Below, piece by piece: positions 34,782 to 49,200 of a stretch of 64,000 nt of DNA. This stretch comes from Raillietiella orientalis. Taxonomy: Eukaryota. Positions within the stretch are counted from its first letter, which is position 1. The number at the start of each line of letters is the position of its first letter. The position numbers and the translations under genes are program-made. The stretch spans positions 1,426,001-1,490,000 of the forward strand of contig JAYWIR010000011.1 of NCBI GenBank assembly GCA_036172245.1. Reading direction: 5' to 3'. A model generated the notes under the pieces. It worked only from the letters and a program-made list of their open reading frames with translations. It was not told where the DNA came from and did not search any database.

Positions 34782-37267
34782 TCTTCTTCTTCGCGTTCAC
34801 ACACACTTTTTTTCCCCATTAAGGTCCGGTGTCTTTTTTACGCGAAAGCTTCCTTTATAGGGCCAAGAGCAGCCAAGCAAGTAGTTGAAGCTCCGCCGTA
34901 TAAATCGTATGAAACCATACACACGTGTAGAGAGGGATGCGCCTTCCTGGTTCTTCTCAGGATACAGGAGCAGAAAATTCAGCATCTCCAAGTGGTGAAC
35001 TTGAGGGAGGAAAGTTGGGAAAGAAGTGTCAAAGTGCCACGCCCGTTTCGTAGGGTGGACTGAGCATGCCTGGCCGTCGCCGTGAATACGTGTTCTGTCT
35101 GCCCGACGCGTTCTCTGCGTGCCTCGATGACGCACGTATTGAAGGGTCGCCCCCCCCCTCCTTCCTTCCCACCGCTGCTTTCCCGTTTGGCAAAATCACC
35201 CTTTGGTTCACCCAAAGGTCGGCACGAGGAAAAAAAAGTCTTTTTGGACTGCCCTCGGGCCGGGAACCCTCCCCGTCCGCGCAAGTCGGCGTTTCCGGGA
35301 TTCTTCAAAAGGAGGCTGCGAGCTCGCGCTTGCCCGTGCCCAGTTTCTATTTCGGGGTGTGCTATAATTAGACGATGGCTTCCTGGTGGGCCGCTCGCTG
35401 GCATTGTTGCGTAAGAGCTCGGGCAAAGTGTTTCCCTTCTTCCGCCGCCCCCGAGCCCGTCCGGAAGCGGGGGCCGAGTGTCGTGGAATCCCGGCGCGGG
35501 AAAGCGGGGTGGGCCTTTCGTTCCCCCGTCGAGGGAAGGAAGGAAGAGGGGGAACGGGTTAGAGGATCCGCAAAGGGAATCTCTGCGCGAAACGGGCAAG
35601 AAAAGAAAAAAAAAACAAAACGGACCGTGCAAGAACGATCGGCGCTCGTAATCGCAGGCACGAATGGATCGTAGCTTCTTGCTAAGCCCGATCTTTACGA
35701 TGGATTTCTCAGAAGCAGCATCAAGCACCAAGGTTTCGGAAAGAGCATAAAGGGGCCGCCGCGGGGAAGGGGAGAGAAAGGATGTAGAGGGAGGAGGAGG
35801 GACGGGGGGGGGGAATTCCTGCCTGCCTGCACAGGGGCCGTCCATTATTTATCTTTATTTTATCGGTAATTTTATTGTTGGTCTGACGATTAACGGACGT
35901 CATCAAGCAGCGGAGAATGGACCCTCACGTGGGCAGACGCTCCTCGCTCCTCTCATTCTCGTGTTGGCTCTCGGGCATCCCGAGAGCCAACACGAGGACG
36001 ATTCTCTGCCTCTTTTGGATGCTCTTGAGATGGCCGATTGCACTTCCGGGATTTGGGAGGCGCCCCCGCTTGCCTCCGTTATTGCCGCGCCAGGCCATCG
36101 GCGACCTGGAAACCGTCAGACTGTAAGGGAGGGGGGGAAAGGGGACGGCTTTTTTTAAAAAAAAAAAAAAAAAAAGGGATTGCTGCGGCGGACACCCGAA
36201 AATCCCTCTCAGAGATGCGGGAGCGGTGGACGCGCCGAGAAGAAAGCGCAGAACCGCCGTCCGCAGCCCTTCGGCGCCGTTCGGACAGGCAGAGCTCCGT
36301 TTCTTCTGGAGTGCTTTCTCTCCTCTTCCCCTCCATCGCCTTGGCTGCTCCCGTCGGGTGCGGCAGGGAGAGGGACTCGTCCCCCTTGCCCCCGCGCGGG
36401 AAGGGGCAGACCCTCGACCTCCGAGGTGATTCGCAGAGGGTCCTGCAGCTGCGAGGGCTGGAGGGAGCTACCAGCTGGCTCGCTAGCCGACGCCTTCCCT
36501 CCCGCGCCGTAGGGTGACCTCGCAGGGCGCCCGGAGACCCACGTTCGATCCGGAGAGCGTCGAGCGCCCGGGAGGCTACCATCTCTCAGTTCTCCACGAT
36601 GACCTCCCTAAAGTCGGTCGAGAGATCTGCGGGCGGTCCAGCGGGACGAGGAGGAGAAGGGAATGGCGGGAGGGGTCGCGCTCGCCTACTCCTCGTTCCA
36701 GCGGCGGAAGCGCCGCCGCGCCGGGAGCTGCTCGGCCTCCTCCCCTCCCTTTCATCTGGAAAGGGAGGAGCCGAGTAGGCGTCTTTGGCCCTCTTCCTCT
36801 CTCAGGATCTCCTTTCCTTCTGGGAGCCGCTGATCTTCCGGGAGCGCCTCAAGTTATTCTGCCCTCCTCACCTTCTCGACGGCTTCGAAGGGACAGGGGT
36901 GCTCTGGTCCTTGCTGCGCTCCTGCGGGCACGAACGCCGGTTTAGGGGAGCGTCTCCCGTCGATCGATCGCGTGCTGAGGAGAGGGGGGCGCTCTGGCCC
37001 CTGCCCTCTTCTCTCCCGCAGGACCCTCGCCGGCGTTCCCGGGACGCCCCTTGCTCGTTAGCGTGCCCCTCCTCAAATCGAATTCGCACGTGCGTCCGTC
37101 CGTCCCTCCCTCGCGTGCGGCCGTCCGTCTCGCGGAGGGTGCGCGCGTTACTCCACGAGCCCTTCGCACGTCGTAGAGGCGCAACGCACGTTGCGCGGTA
37201 ACGTCTTCGTGCCGTCGCCTCGACGGTGCCCCTCCGGGGCGGTTTGAAACTCGGTCACGCCAGGGCG

Positions 37268-38800
37268 TTTATTTATTAAAAACAAAACTTAGACGTCAGC
37301 GTCAAGATGCGTGATTCTTCCACGTGACAAAATGTACAACCGGGAACCGGAGCGCAGGTCGGAGAGGTTCGCCACGGCAGCACCGGGGAAGGGAAGACAA
37401 ACAAAAAAAAACAAAAAAACAAAAAAACAAAAAACATACAGTCAAAAAAAAAAAAGGGAGGGGTGGTTTTTGGAGGGGATCACTGTGTGCTGGAGGGCGT
37501 CCTCTTCATCCTTGTAAGTTCCGGCAAGTTCCTGTTTCGGGGTTCCCAGTCGGGACCATCTTGAGGACAGCAATATAGACGGCGTCCGTGTCGTTCTGGC
37601 CTCCTCTGGCTTTGCTCCATGCAGCCACGATCCATACCGCGTGGGCAGCACAGTGCTGCTAGGGATGCGGCCGGTGTGAGGGCGTCGCGCGAGAATAGGA
37701 GCTTCAAACGTTTCTGGGGTTGTCCTCGGAGATCCGCAGGGACTCAGTGAAGCGTTCCCACATGGGTTGGGAAGCGACACACTCCACGAGCAGGTGCGGG
37801 AGGAACTCTCTCTCGTCGCAGCTGCCGCAGTTTGGACTCACCTCCTCCCCCGGGTCCGATGGTGTTGGCGGGCGTTCCACGGAACACCCCATTGCAACAG
37901 CAGGATCGCCGACTGCTTCGGGGGGAGGGCCCGGCTGTTCTTCAGCGCTGAGGGCCATTCGAGGTTCCTGTAGGATTCCTAGCAGCTCACCCCAGCTCAA
38001 TAGTCCTTCCGGTTAGGCACTTGGGGTTGCAGCATCCGTGAGCTGGCCCACGGTCCAACCTCATAGTTCCTTCGTCCGAAGACCTATCGCGGGAAGCCCC
38101 AGTGCAACAGCAGGGTCGCCGACTCCTGCCACTTTAGGGGAAGGGTAGCATTGTTCCAACACGCTGGGGGCCACCCTACCTCCTCCAGAGGAATTCGTAG
38201 CAGCTCTCCCCAGCGAAGCAGTCCTTTTGGTGGGACACTCGGGGTCGCGGAGTCCGCCAGCTCCCGAATTGTCCACGCACCCAGATGTTTTTTCCTGCTC
38301 CCTATCACGCAGGACGCTTCCCACCTCGCTGGCAGTTGACTGTCCATTGCTCTCCTTAGGGAGGGCAGCACTGGAACGAGGGAGATGAACGAGGCCCGCA
38401 GCAGGTTCCTGGTGTTGCCCCAGGATCCCTTTCAGCGGAACGATCGGTCGCGGTGAGGCACGGGCCTTCCCCTTTGCCCAGGGATCTCCGCGGTCGTCCA
38501 AGTCACGTCCTCCGCGGCTTGGCTGGGGTCACATAGCTGCTGACCGTCTCGCGACGCCGTCCGAGGAGCCTGCTGTCTTTTCCTCGTGCCGAGGACGTGC
38601 CCGCCGCGCTCTGTCCCGCTGGGTCTTCCGCCCGCCGCCGACCTCTTCCGCAGGGCATCCCCGGCAAGCGAGGCGCAGCCGCCAGCGTTCTGGAACGCCG
38701 CGTGAACTCTCGGGTCGCCTAAAGGGACGGATGGGAGCGCCGCATTCGCCTCCTTGAGCCAATCCCACCTCACCTCCTCCAGTCGCCGCGGAAACGGGAG
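37268..38800 (-). mobile_element. L1/Tx1 LINE 3' fragment
   Basis: Minus-strand PNCGSCDEREFLPHLLVECVASQPMWERF zinc-finger motif, a T-rich 3' UTR (A-runs on + at ~37400-37455) and AATAAA at ~37268-37277. Confidence 0.65.
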
Positions 38801-41800
38801 GAAGTGCCAACGGAAGCCTCAGGCCGTCTGGCAGGCGCGCCCCTCCGTTGGCGGCGGCGGCGAAGGCTGCGTCCACTTCCGTCGCTCAGCGCCGCGGCGC
38901 TGCGGTCTCGCTGAGGGCGCGCGTGATGGAGGGAGGGCCGGCTGTCCGGAACGTCCCTCCGTCCTGGCTGCTCCGAGGACCTTTTTTTCTCCTCCCTTCC
39001 CGACGGTCGTTCTCCGGCAAGAGATCCCAGGGACCGCCCGGATCTCTCTTGGCCCCTTCTTCAATAAAGAAGGTGCAGCCGCTTCCCTCCCCCCCCCCTT
39101 GCCCTTAGGGATGAAGTCACCCTCGGTCTGGGCGGGAGCGGACGCTGAGGACCGCCTTATGTACTCAGCTGCCGCACATTCACCAGGTCCTCTCCTTATT
39201 TATTTCATTTCTATTTATTTCTATCTCTGCATCCATTACAAATTGAATGAATCTATTTATGTTCGCGGTCTCTTTATTTATTGATTTCCATATTCATTTG
39301 TTTTCTTATGTATTCAGCTCTTTATGTATTCAGCTCTCGATGCATGCATTCTTATTTGTTCACTTTCTTATTTATTCGGCTCCTGAGGTATTCGCTTCCT
39401 TATTTATTCGTTTCATTTTCCGTTGGTTTCCTCATTTATTCACTTCCTTATGTGTACGCGTTCATTTCCCTCTTCCCCCATGTGCTCGCGGGTGCACATG
39501 CCCGACCGTTCCCGCGCTCCCTCATGCGCACACTCGGCGGTGGCATGGTGGCGCACCCGCGCCCGTACGCCTCCGCGAGAGGCGTACGGCGGGGCCACAG
39601 GCAGAAAGGCTCTCTTCCTTCCGCGCCTCGTTCCCATGGCGCCCGCCGTCCGCCACCGCTCACGCTGCGTTTCCTCCCCGGGTCCCTCGACGTCTGCAGC
39701 ATCCCGCGGGACTGGCTCCCTCCCTTCCCGAGTTTGGTGATGAAGAGGCTGGCGGCGGCGTTGGCGCCTGTCCCCTCTCCGTAGCGGCAGCCCCTCGCCA
39801 GATGAGCGCTGCCGCCGCCGCTGGGCATCCGTGGCTCCGTCCATGTCGATCCCGAGGAAGCCGCAGGAAGGGGGATGGGGAGAGGGATCGCCCCGTCGGT
39901 CCAGGACAGCCCACTCGTGAGCGTCGCTCTCCCTCCCAGGCTTTCCCGCCTCCCCTCATGTCCTTCCACTCTCTCTCTGTCCGCTCGGTACGGACTACAT
40001 TGGAAAGCGCGCGCACGCGTAACCCACGGCAACGAGGGGAGGCTCCGCGGAGATGAAAGTACAGTGTACCGCCATCCCGGTAGCTGCAGTGCCGATGGCT
40101 CCCTTCCCGCCGGCTGCTGCAGGGATCCTCCTCTCGGGTACCCGCCGCCGCTTCTTGCGCCCGACGGCTGCTGTCAGTAGTGGTGACTCCTCGGCATGAG
40201 CGCAGGCTGGATGCACCCCGGAAGGCCGGACGCGCCAGGAGAGTGAGGTAACTGCCACCATGCGGCCCGGCGGCGAACTTCCCGGAGGCAGCGGATCTCC
40301 TCCGGGCTGTTTTCTCTCCCTCCTCTTTTTTTTTCCCCGGATTCAGGGGAAGGGGTCCCAGCCGGAAAAGGAGGAGAGAGGGATGAAGGGGAGTTCGATT
40401 CTGAGCGTCCCTTCCTTCCCGCCTCTCTTCCCCTCTTGCATAGGGGGAAGTGGGGAGGGGAAGAGGCGCCCTGAGGAAGGAAGCTTTTCCGTCCCTCTTC
40501 CCATTCTTCCTTTCGATCCCCACCCCCTCCCCTCTCTCTTCATCCTCCACAGCCCTCGAAGCCTGGCGGACGCCTGTGCCAACCGGTGGCACGCCGTTGC
40601 GCCCTCCAGCGGTGGCGTGCCTTCGCTGGCGTAGCGGCGTCGGCGGCTCTCCAGCATCCCACGAGCCACCACCTCGCCTCCCGCTTCGCAGGCACCACCA
40701 AGAGCACGGAGGAGGAGCAGGAGGGAAAGGAGGAGGGGAATTAGGGGGGAGAAGGCGTGCGCTCCCATTCGGGATAATCGCCATCCCCGACTCGGTTTTA
40801 TGAGCGGCAATAAAAAAGGAAAAACGCCGGTGGGAGGAAAGAGGGGGGGGGAGGAAGAGACCGGCTTCTGCTCGTCGCACCCTCCCCCCTCTCTCGTGCT
40901 CCCGGGACTGAGAACGCGCGTGCTTCAGAGATGCAGCCGATAAAGGGAGCCTGAGAGATTTATGGGGAAGATAAAAACTCCGGTTGCGGCGATAAGCTCT
41001 GGCGGCCGACATGGGTGGCATCTAGCGGAAAGCAGGGGTAGGCGCGTCTCGAGCCTGGCTGATAGGCGCACGAGAAGAGAGGTCGCTGCCCGCAACGACC
41101 AGGACAAGGGAATCCGCACGTGGGGGGGACGGACCCACGAGCCCGCGTACGGTCCCGATGGGGCGTCTTTCGAAGGGGTCATCCCCGTTCTGCCTCCAGC
41201 TTGCACATTTCTCTGGATTATTGATGGAGCGGAGGCAGGAGCACCGAGATGATCCCTCTGCGTTAGAGAAAACCCCGCAATCATGCGGCGCGCATCTGAA
41301 AGAAGGGGTCCGTCTCTCCCGAAATTCATCATTCTTTCCGTCTTCCGATCCAGCGCTCTGCGAGGGGTTCGAACAGTGGAGGAGCGTGTCCTTATTCCCG
41401 TGAGGAAGGGGGGCAGGGAGTATTCCCCCGATCCACCTCCCCAAAGCATTCGGAAGGAGATAGCGTGGCACTCCACATACGAAACGAGAGAGGGTGGGGT
41501 TGCAGTGAAAAGAAGGGAGGTGAACCGTGGATGCCTCTGCGTCCCTCAAGTGAGCGACAGCTGTAAAGCTCCATGCTCTGAAGTGCGACTGAGCAGGGGA
41601 CGTGGTCCCTGCCGTCGGTTGCCTTCAGAAACGTTGGACGGAGGCAGACCCCATGGGCAGGGAAACCGGGAGAGGGTGGAAGGTGTCGGCCTTTTCTTCC
41701 TACTCCTCCTCCCGCACTCCTCTTCATCTCCTCCTTCCCACCCTCTTTCGTCTCACCCGCTCCTCCGGTTCTCCTGTTCCTGTCATCTCCGGGCCATATC

Positions 41801-44800
41801 CTCGTGTTCTCCTCCTCCTGTTCTATCCTTACTGTCTACCTCTTGTTCTGTCGTCCTCGTCAGCATCTTTGCTTCTTCCTCACTTTCCCCTCCTCCTTCA
41901 GCCCCCCGTCCTTCTTCCTCCCCTCTTTCCTCGCTTGCTAATTTTATGTTGCACTCGCGTGCCAAGGATTGTTTATTATGGTCGAAGATCAACTTTCACT
42001 GCATCCAACGCCACGGTCCTGGAGAAGCCTCGCGGTCCAGGGATTTAATGGCGCGTGTGTGGCGGGTCCGCGGAGAGACGGATGCGCGTGCGGCGCGTCC
42101 GCTTATCGTCTCGAGCGTGGAGGATCCGCTTCGCCTGCGGCTCGTCCGAGCGTGAACGCCGCGGACGAGTGTGGAGTCCTCGGTCCCCCGCGGGGAGGAA
42201 GAGAATCAGGGCAGAGAAATACACCCTGCCGTGTTTCCGAAGAACGGACAGACGTTCTTCGGTCAGATGTTGGCGACCCCGTCCGCCAGCTGCGCCGTAC
42301 CTGTGCTCTGGGAAGAACACCGGAGGGCTCGCTCTCCCTTTGACTTCGGACAGGTAGCGATACGCGGGCGAGACCTCGTGCAAGGCAGGAGTCCAAGGCG
42401 TGGTCCACCGGCCTCCCGGCGCTCCTGGAAACATGTACCCTACTCGTCAGGAAGGGAAAAGGAGAAAAGCGCTGGGACCAGAGAGTCGTCCCTCCGTCCA
42501 GGAGGAAAGCGACTCCTGAGAGGACTCAGCAGGACTGCCTTCTTGCATGCAGGCCAGCAGCCTGGACGCTATCCAGCAACAGCCAGTCCCGCATTCCAGC
42601 CCCCGAAGGGATAGCTGGTCTTTCTCATTCTGCTCTCAGGGAACGCTTTCGAGGCACGGCAGCACAGCGTGGACCCTCTCCAGGAAAAAAGTAAAGGGGG
42701 AAGAGGAGAAAGGTGGAGTCCCTGCAGAGGATTCGAGAACTTTCCTGAGCCAGCTCCGCAGAGCGCCTTCGTGAGGCTGGGATCTCAGCGACTCTGTTTT
42801 CAACTCTACTCCTCTACCGATAGCACAGCTCCCCGCTTCTAAGAAGAAGGAGGAAGAGACCTGCGCCTCTGTCCCTCTCTGCGCGGCGAAGGCTCTCGGA
42901 CTCCGGGAGAAAAAAACCTTTTCGCTGGCCTTGCGCGTCTTCCCCGCAGTTGCCGGTCGAGCGAGTGGGCGGAAGGGCGTCCCTATACGCCGCCGCGCCA
43001 GATTGGATCCGCATAGGATGCATCGTGCGTGCCTGAGGTCCGCCTTCGCAGTCTGATGCATGAGGGCCGGTCCTATCCCATGCCTCTTCCCTCTGCCCAC
43101 CCGAATGCACTGGACGCACTACAGATGGCTGCTGGCCGGCTGCCTTTCTAACGAACGATGCTTTCCCTGCCTCTCCTAGCTGCCTTGGGACGCGTCCAGG
43201 AAGGAGAGAGGGAAGAGGAGACCCTTCTTGTCCCCCATATTTCGGGAATGGGAAAAGCCCCTCCACCCAGATGATAGGGTTCTTCCATGAAGATTCTTCC
43301 TGCCTTCCAAAGCGAGCTCATCCGGGTGACGGCGCAGGCGCCTATTTGGTCCATCCCTCTGCATCGGAGTGAGAGGACGAAGCAGGTTGCGCTTTGGCGG
43401 TTGTCTGGCGTGGGGATGACAGGAGGGGACCACTTGCACTCCGACTCGGACGGGTGGATGTAGAACCTGGACTAGTCCCATGATGAAAGAAGGGCGGGCC
43501 AACGGGGGCCTCTCGTTCCCGCCAGAATCCTCCCGGTGACGGACGAGACTGATGCAACATCGCCGTTTCTTCTCGGACATTCTCGCAGTTGTGGGTCGAA
43601 GCGCAAGCGGGGAAAAGGACCTGAGAGATTAGGAATGTAGGATCTGAGAAGGATCCTGCTGGATGGAGGAGGGGCACGTTGCGCACGGGGGAGACTGGCT
43701 TTTTTGAGACTTGTCGCTTTTGCGCCCACCTGACGACTTTTCCTGAATGCTCCGGTCGGACGTCCCAATCAGCGGCGACCCCCTTTCGCAAGAGGAAAGC
43801 ATGCTCGTCCGTGCTCATCACCTGCGCCCCCCGCTCCTGGGAGCAGCCGCTGAGGCAGAAGAGAGTTGTTTGCGCATGCGCCCTCCCGCGTGCGGGTGCT
43901 TTCCCACGCGCTCGGCGGGAAGGCCGAGCTCCAGGAGGTCCACCCTCCTGTGAAGCTGCTGCGCTGCAGACGGGGATCCCTCGAAAGACCGGCGGCGACC
44001 ACATGCCGCGACCCCCCATCCTCATCTCACTTCCGAAGGATCGTTCAGGAGAGAAGATGGCGGGTACGTGTCCCTCGGCCGCAGCAAGCGGAGCAGGGTT
44101 GGTGCGAAAGCAGAATCGCACGTGATTCCGCTCAGTCCGTTTCCCGGCAAGAATGCCAACCGGAAGCCATCAAGGAACCTGGGACTCGGGCATAGCTATT
44201 CTTGGGCAGGATGGTGCGCAGAAAGCGGAGTATGCCCCTTCGCGCCTCCATTTGATTTCATTTTTTGTCTTTTTATTTTATTCTATTCCATTTTATTTTT
44301 TTACCGATAGGCTCCCCGTGTTCGCTTTTGGAGACTGTTCACACAGCTGGAGTTTCCTTCGGGTGCTGCAGGGCCGCCAGGGAGCTGCTTCCGCCTCTTG
44401 CAGCACGCGAGGATCGCCTCCACTCCGCGGCCTATTCCATTCTTCGTTAGTTAGTAGTGGGTAGATCCCACTATCCTTCTTCCTTCGAGGAAGGAAGAAG
44501 GATAGTGGGGTCCTGAAAGGTACAGGGAGAGTTCTCAGTCGCAAAGGGGAGCTCTTTCACGGATGCGTTCACATAGAAGTAAGGAACGTGCGCATATCTC
44601 GAGCATCGGTAATATATTTAATGCGCCATGAAGCGCGACCGGAGAGGACGATGTGCAGCAGCACGATGTGCTTATGGACCTCTTTTCGGCAGCGTCCGCT
44701 CTCGCATTTATCCCGCAGGATACTTGAGAGTCATGCACGCGGAACTCTGGAGGAACCTGAATGGGACGGATCGACTCCGGAGCCCTGAATGACGTCTCCT

Positions 44801-45392
44801 TCCCCATCCCCCACAGATAGATTTATTTTGGCATTCATTCCCGTTATCTAACACGATTCTGTTTTTCTTTTTTCTTTTTTTTTTTTTTCTTTTTTGCTCG
44901 TCTGAGATCTCTCCTGCTCGCCTGGTGCTGTTCGAATTCACATTCCCTGTTCTCGAATTCTTCGGGACCGGCAGGGGAACCGTGATGCGAAACGATCCCG
45001 CGTCATCTTCTCATTTCCGAAGAGATGCAACGGATGCCTAAATCAAGAAGCCTGGAGCAGGAGAAAACGCGGATTGCCGCGGCATCCGTCAAGCAGCCAG
45101 TGCGGGAAAGCCCGCATTACGAAACGAGAGAAAGTGGACTGTGGACGTCTTTCCCCCCCTTAACCGCGAGCCTTCCGAGGCACTGATTTGTCACTTTGCT
45201 TGATTAACACTCGCGTCCACCCGGCGGACGTCCCCTGTCCTCCCTCGTCCTCAGCAGCCCTCCGGGCGAACCTGGTCTCGCCCTGCCGGCGATCTTCCCG
45301 GCGGCCCCCATCAGCCGGCGGTGGCCAACGTCCATCCTCAAGAGGGGGGGGACTGATCCCGACCGCCGAAATCCCCGGAGACCACAGGGAAT

Positions 45393-46250
45393 AAACACGC
45401 GTGCTTATCCTACACAGTTTATACTTTAACGTGCATGGCTGCTTTGCTATTTAGTAACAAACACGTTATTGACAGTAATACTATCGGAACAGATGCATTT
45501 ATTAAGATTCAGTGATATAAATTTTATTGATTAAATTAATAAGCCGCTTATTGCGTTGTTGATATATATTGATTTCTTGCAATGTTTAATATATATGTCA
45601 ATACACATATGAATCTTTAATATGTATATATTAAAGATTACAAGCAATGGCATTTATTTTTAATATATGTATTATTTATTTATATGAAAATTAATATATA
45701 TCATGAAGATTATTAAAAAATAAATATATGTGCTTATTATAGATATCCATATATATTAAGTGAATATCGAATTAAAAAAAAAAAAATGATTGCGACGAAA
45801 ATAGTGGGAAAAAAATAACAATTTGATATCCATGTATTCGTTACGTGTATATTTCTCATATATAGAAACATATCCATACAAATATATACATATACATATA
45901 TTGCATGTATATATAAATACACACATACATATATAGAAATACACATGCACCTGCATTTCTATGTATGTATGTGTGTGTGTGTGTGTAAAGATATATATAT
46001 ATATATATATGTAAATATCGATCTATTTAATAGGCATATGTAGTTATTTTTTATAACCTTTAACGCATCTGTCAGCAATATAATCAACAGCTTATTCATT
46101 TTATTAATAAAATGTGTGTCAATGAGTCTTAATAAATATGTTTATTCCGATAATATTGCTGCCGATCATGTGTATGCTAATAAATATGAATGACTCAGTA
46201 CCTGAAAGTACATTTGTACGCTGATCTCTGTAGAACAAGCAAACATGTTT
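45393..46250. mobile_element. AT-rich MITE-like element, copy 2, with internal microsatellites
   Basis: Ends AAACACGCGTGCTTATCCTACA / TGTAGAACAAGCAAACATGTTT are imperfect inverted repeats. Abrupt AT-rich island in GC-rich DNA; shares internal blocks with 32291-32631. Confidence 0.65.
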
Positions 46251-49200
46251 GCAATGTTTCAAGATGGCGTTCGGGATTTGGATCGGGGCGGACTCGGCGT
46301 TCGCCCCCTTTCGTCCCCCTTCTGCGGGCATGATCCCGCGGGAGGGCAAATTTCTCAAATCTGCATGCCCTCTGCGACAGCAAATGCACTGGAGAGGGGA
46401 AAACGCTTTGCTTGGGGTTTGTGGGAGGCAGCGTCCCTCAAAATGGGAGGAGCGCCTGTTCACTGTGGTCGCCTCCCCGCTTGCAAGACTGACACTGCAG
46501 CTGGAAACGCAGCAGCGATTGCAGCTCTCAGCCCGTGGACGCTTCCCAGCGGGGAATGCTGTCAGCCCAGTGGCCAGTCGTGGGTCAGGAGCTTGCATAC
46601 CTACGGTGGCATGGCTTCGAGAAAGAGGGGGGGGGAAGCGGGTTCCCAGCCACAAGGGATGGTGCCCTCGCCGTCGCCCTCCGTCTCCCTGAGAGATAGC
46701 TTGGAAGCAGGAAGAAAGGGAGAAGAAGGGAGGAGGGCTGTCAGGCAGCCTGAACCCCCTCCTCCCCCGTCTTTCGTGACACCGGACTCGTCAGAAAGGG
46801 GAGGGGAGGGAGTGGGAAGCTCTTTCTCAGTGGGAATGTCAAACGGAGAGGACCAGCAACAGCGAGGGGAAAGGAAAAGGACTGTCTGGAGAAAGCTTCG
46901 TCGAGGGAAGAAGGGTCGGGAGAGGATGCAGCTCCGGAATGCGGGAGCGAGGAGCATGGAAAGGGCAGGGAGAGGCAGGGGAGGGGAGGAAGGGAACCCT
47001 GTAGTTCCCTTCTCTTCCTCTCGGGAAAGCGTGCAGCAGGATCAACTCCTGCTTGCCAGGGCAAAGCCACACGACTCGTTTCGTCACGTCACAAGAGTCA
47101 CGCCAGCCACTTCGAAGCCTCGCGTCTCTCGCTTCCGGCTTGCCTTCCGCCCCAGCACGCGGTGGGGTTTTTTCTGTTTGTTTGCTTCGAGGACCTTCGT
47201 CTCGGACCGGAGACGCGGGATTATCTCCTGATCTCCTTTATGATCCCGGGTGAATTAAATGGACCGAATGCCTGGGATGCCACACAGGTTGCAGATAGCA
47301 CGAGATATCGGCGGGCTCGATAGCGGGAGCAGCAGCATGAGGGGGCGAATGCGAGAGGGGGCGAGAGAGAGAGAGACAGAGACAGAGAGGAAGGTTGGTC
47401 TTGGTGGTGGTTGTTCTTCTTGGCCGCTCATCCAGCAGCGTTCGGTCCACCGTTGCGGATGCAGGGCTGCGTCATCTCGCTCTCTGGGATCCTGGATCAG
47501 GTCCCTCGATCGTCCGAGCGACCCAGGAGGGAGGCAGGCGACCCAGGTTGGAGGAATGCAATCCACCATGGTCTCCGGGTCTCTGTGGGTCAGCGGCCTC
47601 CCGCACTGCCTGACGGCTGACATCGAATCGCCGACTCCCTTCAACCCTTTTCCTTCTGGCTCCCCCTTCAGGGCATTCCGTCGTAATCCCGGGCAGGACC
47701 TTGAGGGGATGCGACCCGCCCTGCAAGGTGCTCGGATGGCCGGAAGGCCTCCAGGAACTGATCCCGGCTGCCTCTCCGCCCTTCTTCAGCAGCGTCCGCT
47801 CTTGGCGCGCGCGTCCCCCCCTCTTCACCGTCCTCCAGCGCTGCCGGTGCGAGCACGCGCGACCCCGGGTAGCAGCCGACCTGGGTAGCAGCTTCGAGCC
47901 GACCTGTGCTCGGCTCGAAGCTCCAAGGAGACGCCCTGAAGTTTCTCGACGATCTCGAAGGGCTCCGCGGGGCGTACGCGGGCTCAGGGTGAGGGGTCTC
48001 TCTCCAGGAGGCCCGGGTTGACCCCAAAGAGCTGCTGGAACGCAGCGGCAGGCCCATCCGAGCCCAGAGCTGTTGTGGGCGGCCCACTCGAGCATCTGGG
48101 AGGGCTGCCCGCTTGTGTGGCGGTGGCGACAGGCGTGGCCGGAAATCCTGAAGGGGTGTGGTGGAGACGGGGCCGTTGCAGGAGCTGCAACCTCCCCTTC
48201 TCTCCTCGAAGGGAGCCGACCCCAAAGCAAGCAGGGACTCTGCGGTGTGTATTTTTCGGGAAAAGGAAGCGTTCCCAGGGGACACCTTCCCTTCGGGCGT
48301 GCCCCTTCCCCGATGTGTGTGTGTGTGTGTGTGTGTGTGGGAACACAGAGGAACGTTGCTACGGCAACGACGATCCTGCGACGGGTCATTTGAGATCGCG
48401 TGCTTCCGGCGATTATCCTCACGAGGAAGACGCAGCAGGGCGGAGAATTTCTGAGGCCCTGGAGAGGGGGCGAGCCAAGATGAAGAGCTCTAGGGAGAAG
48501 AAAGGTTCCCCTCTCATCCCTTACATCGTGCCCCTCTCCGGGCTCTCACACCGACCAGCGTGCGATCCTGGAGACGCCACTGGCCGAAGGAGGGGTAGGG
48601 AGGGGCGGCGCTTCATCCCGCGAGCCTCTCCCGCTGGCGGCCCCCAGTCAGCATTCTCCTCTTCTTCTTATCCCCTCTTCATTTTCCTCCGACCCCCCCT
48701 CTCTCTTGTCTTTCGTCGTGAGCTCTTTTGAGACTGCCGTTTACGGTCTTCACTTTCGCGGCTGGGATCCTCTTCGTCACCTCCCGGTATCCAGGGGAGA
48801 TCACCGGTTGTCCCCACAGTGGGTAGGAAATCCTGCGGATAGCTTCCCAATCTTCCCACCCGAGGGAATTTTGCGACTTGTCTGATGTGCTCCAGGAGTA
48901 AGGAGGAGCAGCGAATTCGGTGGCTCCGGGTGCGTTCGTCCGTCCTCCGGCTCGCAGCGGGTGCCACTTTGCATTCCGGGAAGGGAAGAGGCGGGTCGGT
49001 TCTTAAGATGGCGGCAAATAGACGCATGCCGGGGATCGCGCCGGGTTATCCCACCCATTCATCCACTTCCTGCTATCCCTTCTCCTTCGGACGACTCTTC
49101 GAAGCACCCTTCAAAGCCCCCGAAGGTGGGGGTGGCACTGTTGCTGGCGACCGCCGCCGAGAGCCCATCTCACCTCCTCGGAATGAATAGGAAAATGCAC

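Noticed and set aside
33125..34819. 564-aa minus-strand ORF
   Set aside because: Runs through a (CA)n microsatellite and the antisense of a LINE 3' end; no recognisable domain.
39247..44500. Many long overlapping ORFs (up to 453 aa)
   Set aside because: GC-rich, low-complexity DNA depleted of stops in all frames; Arg/Pro/Gly/Ser-rich translations without motifs.
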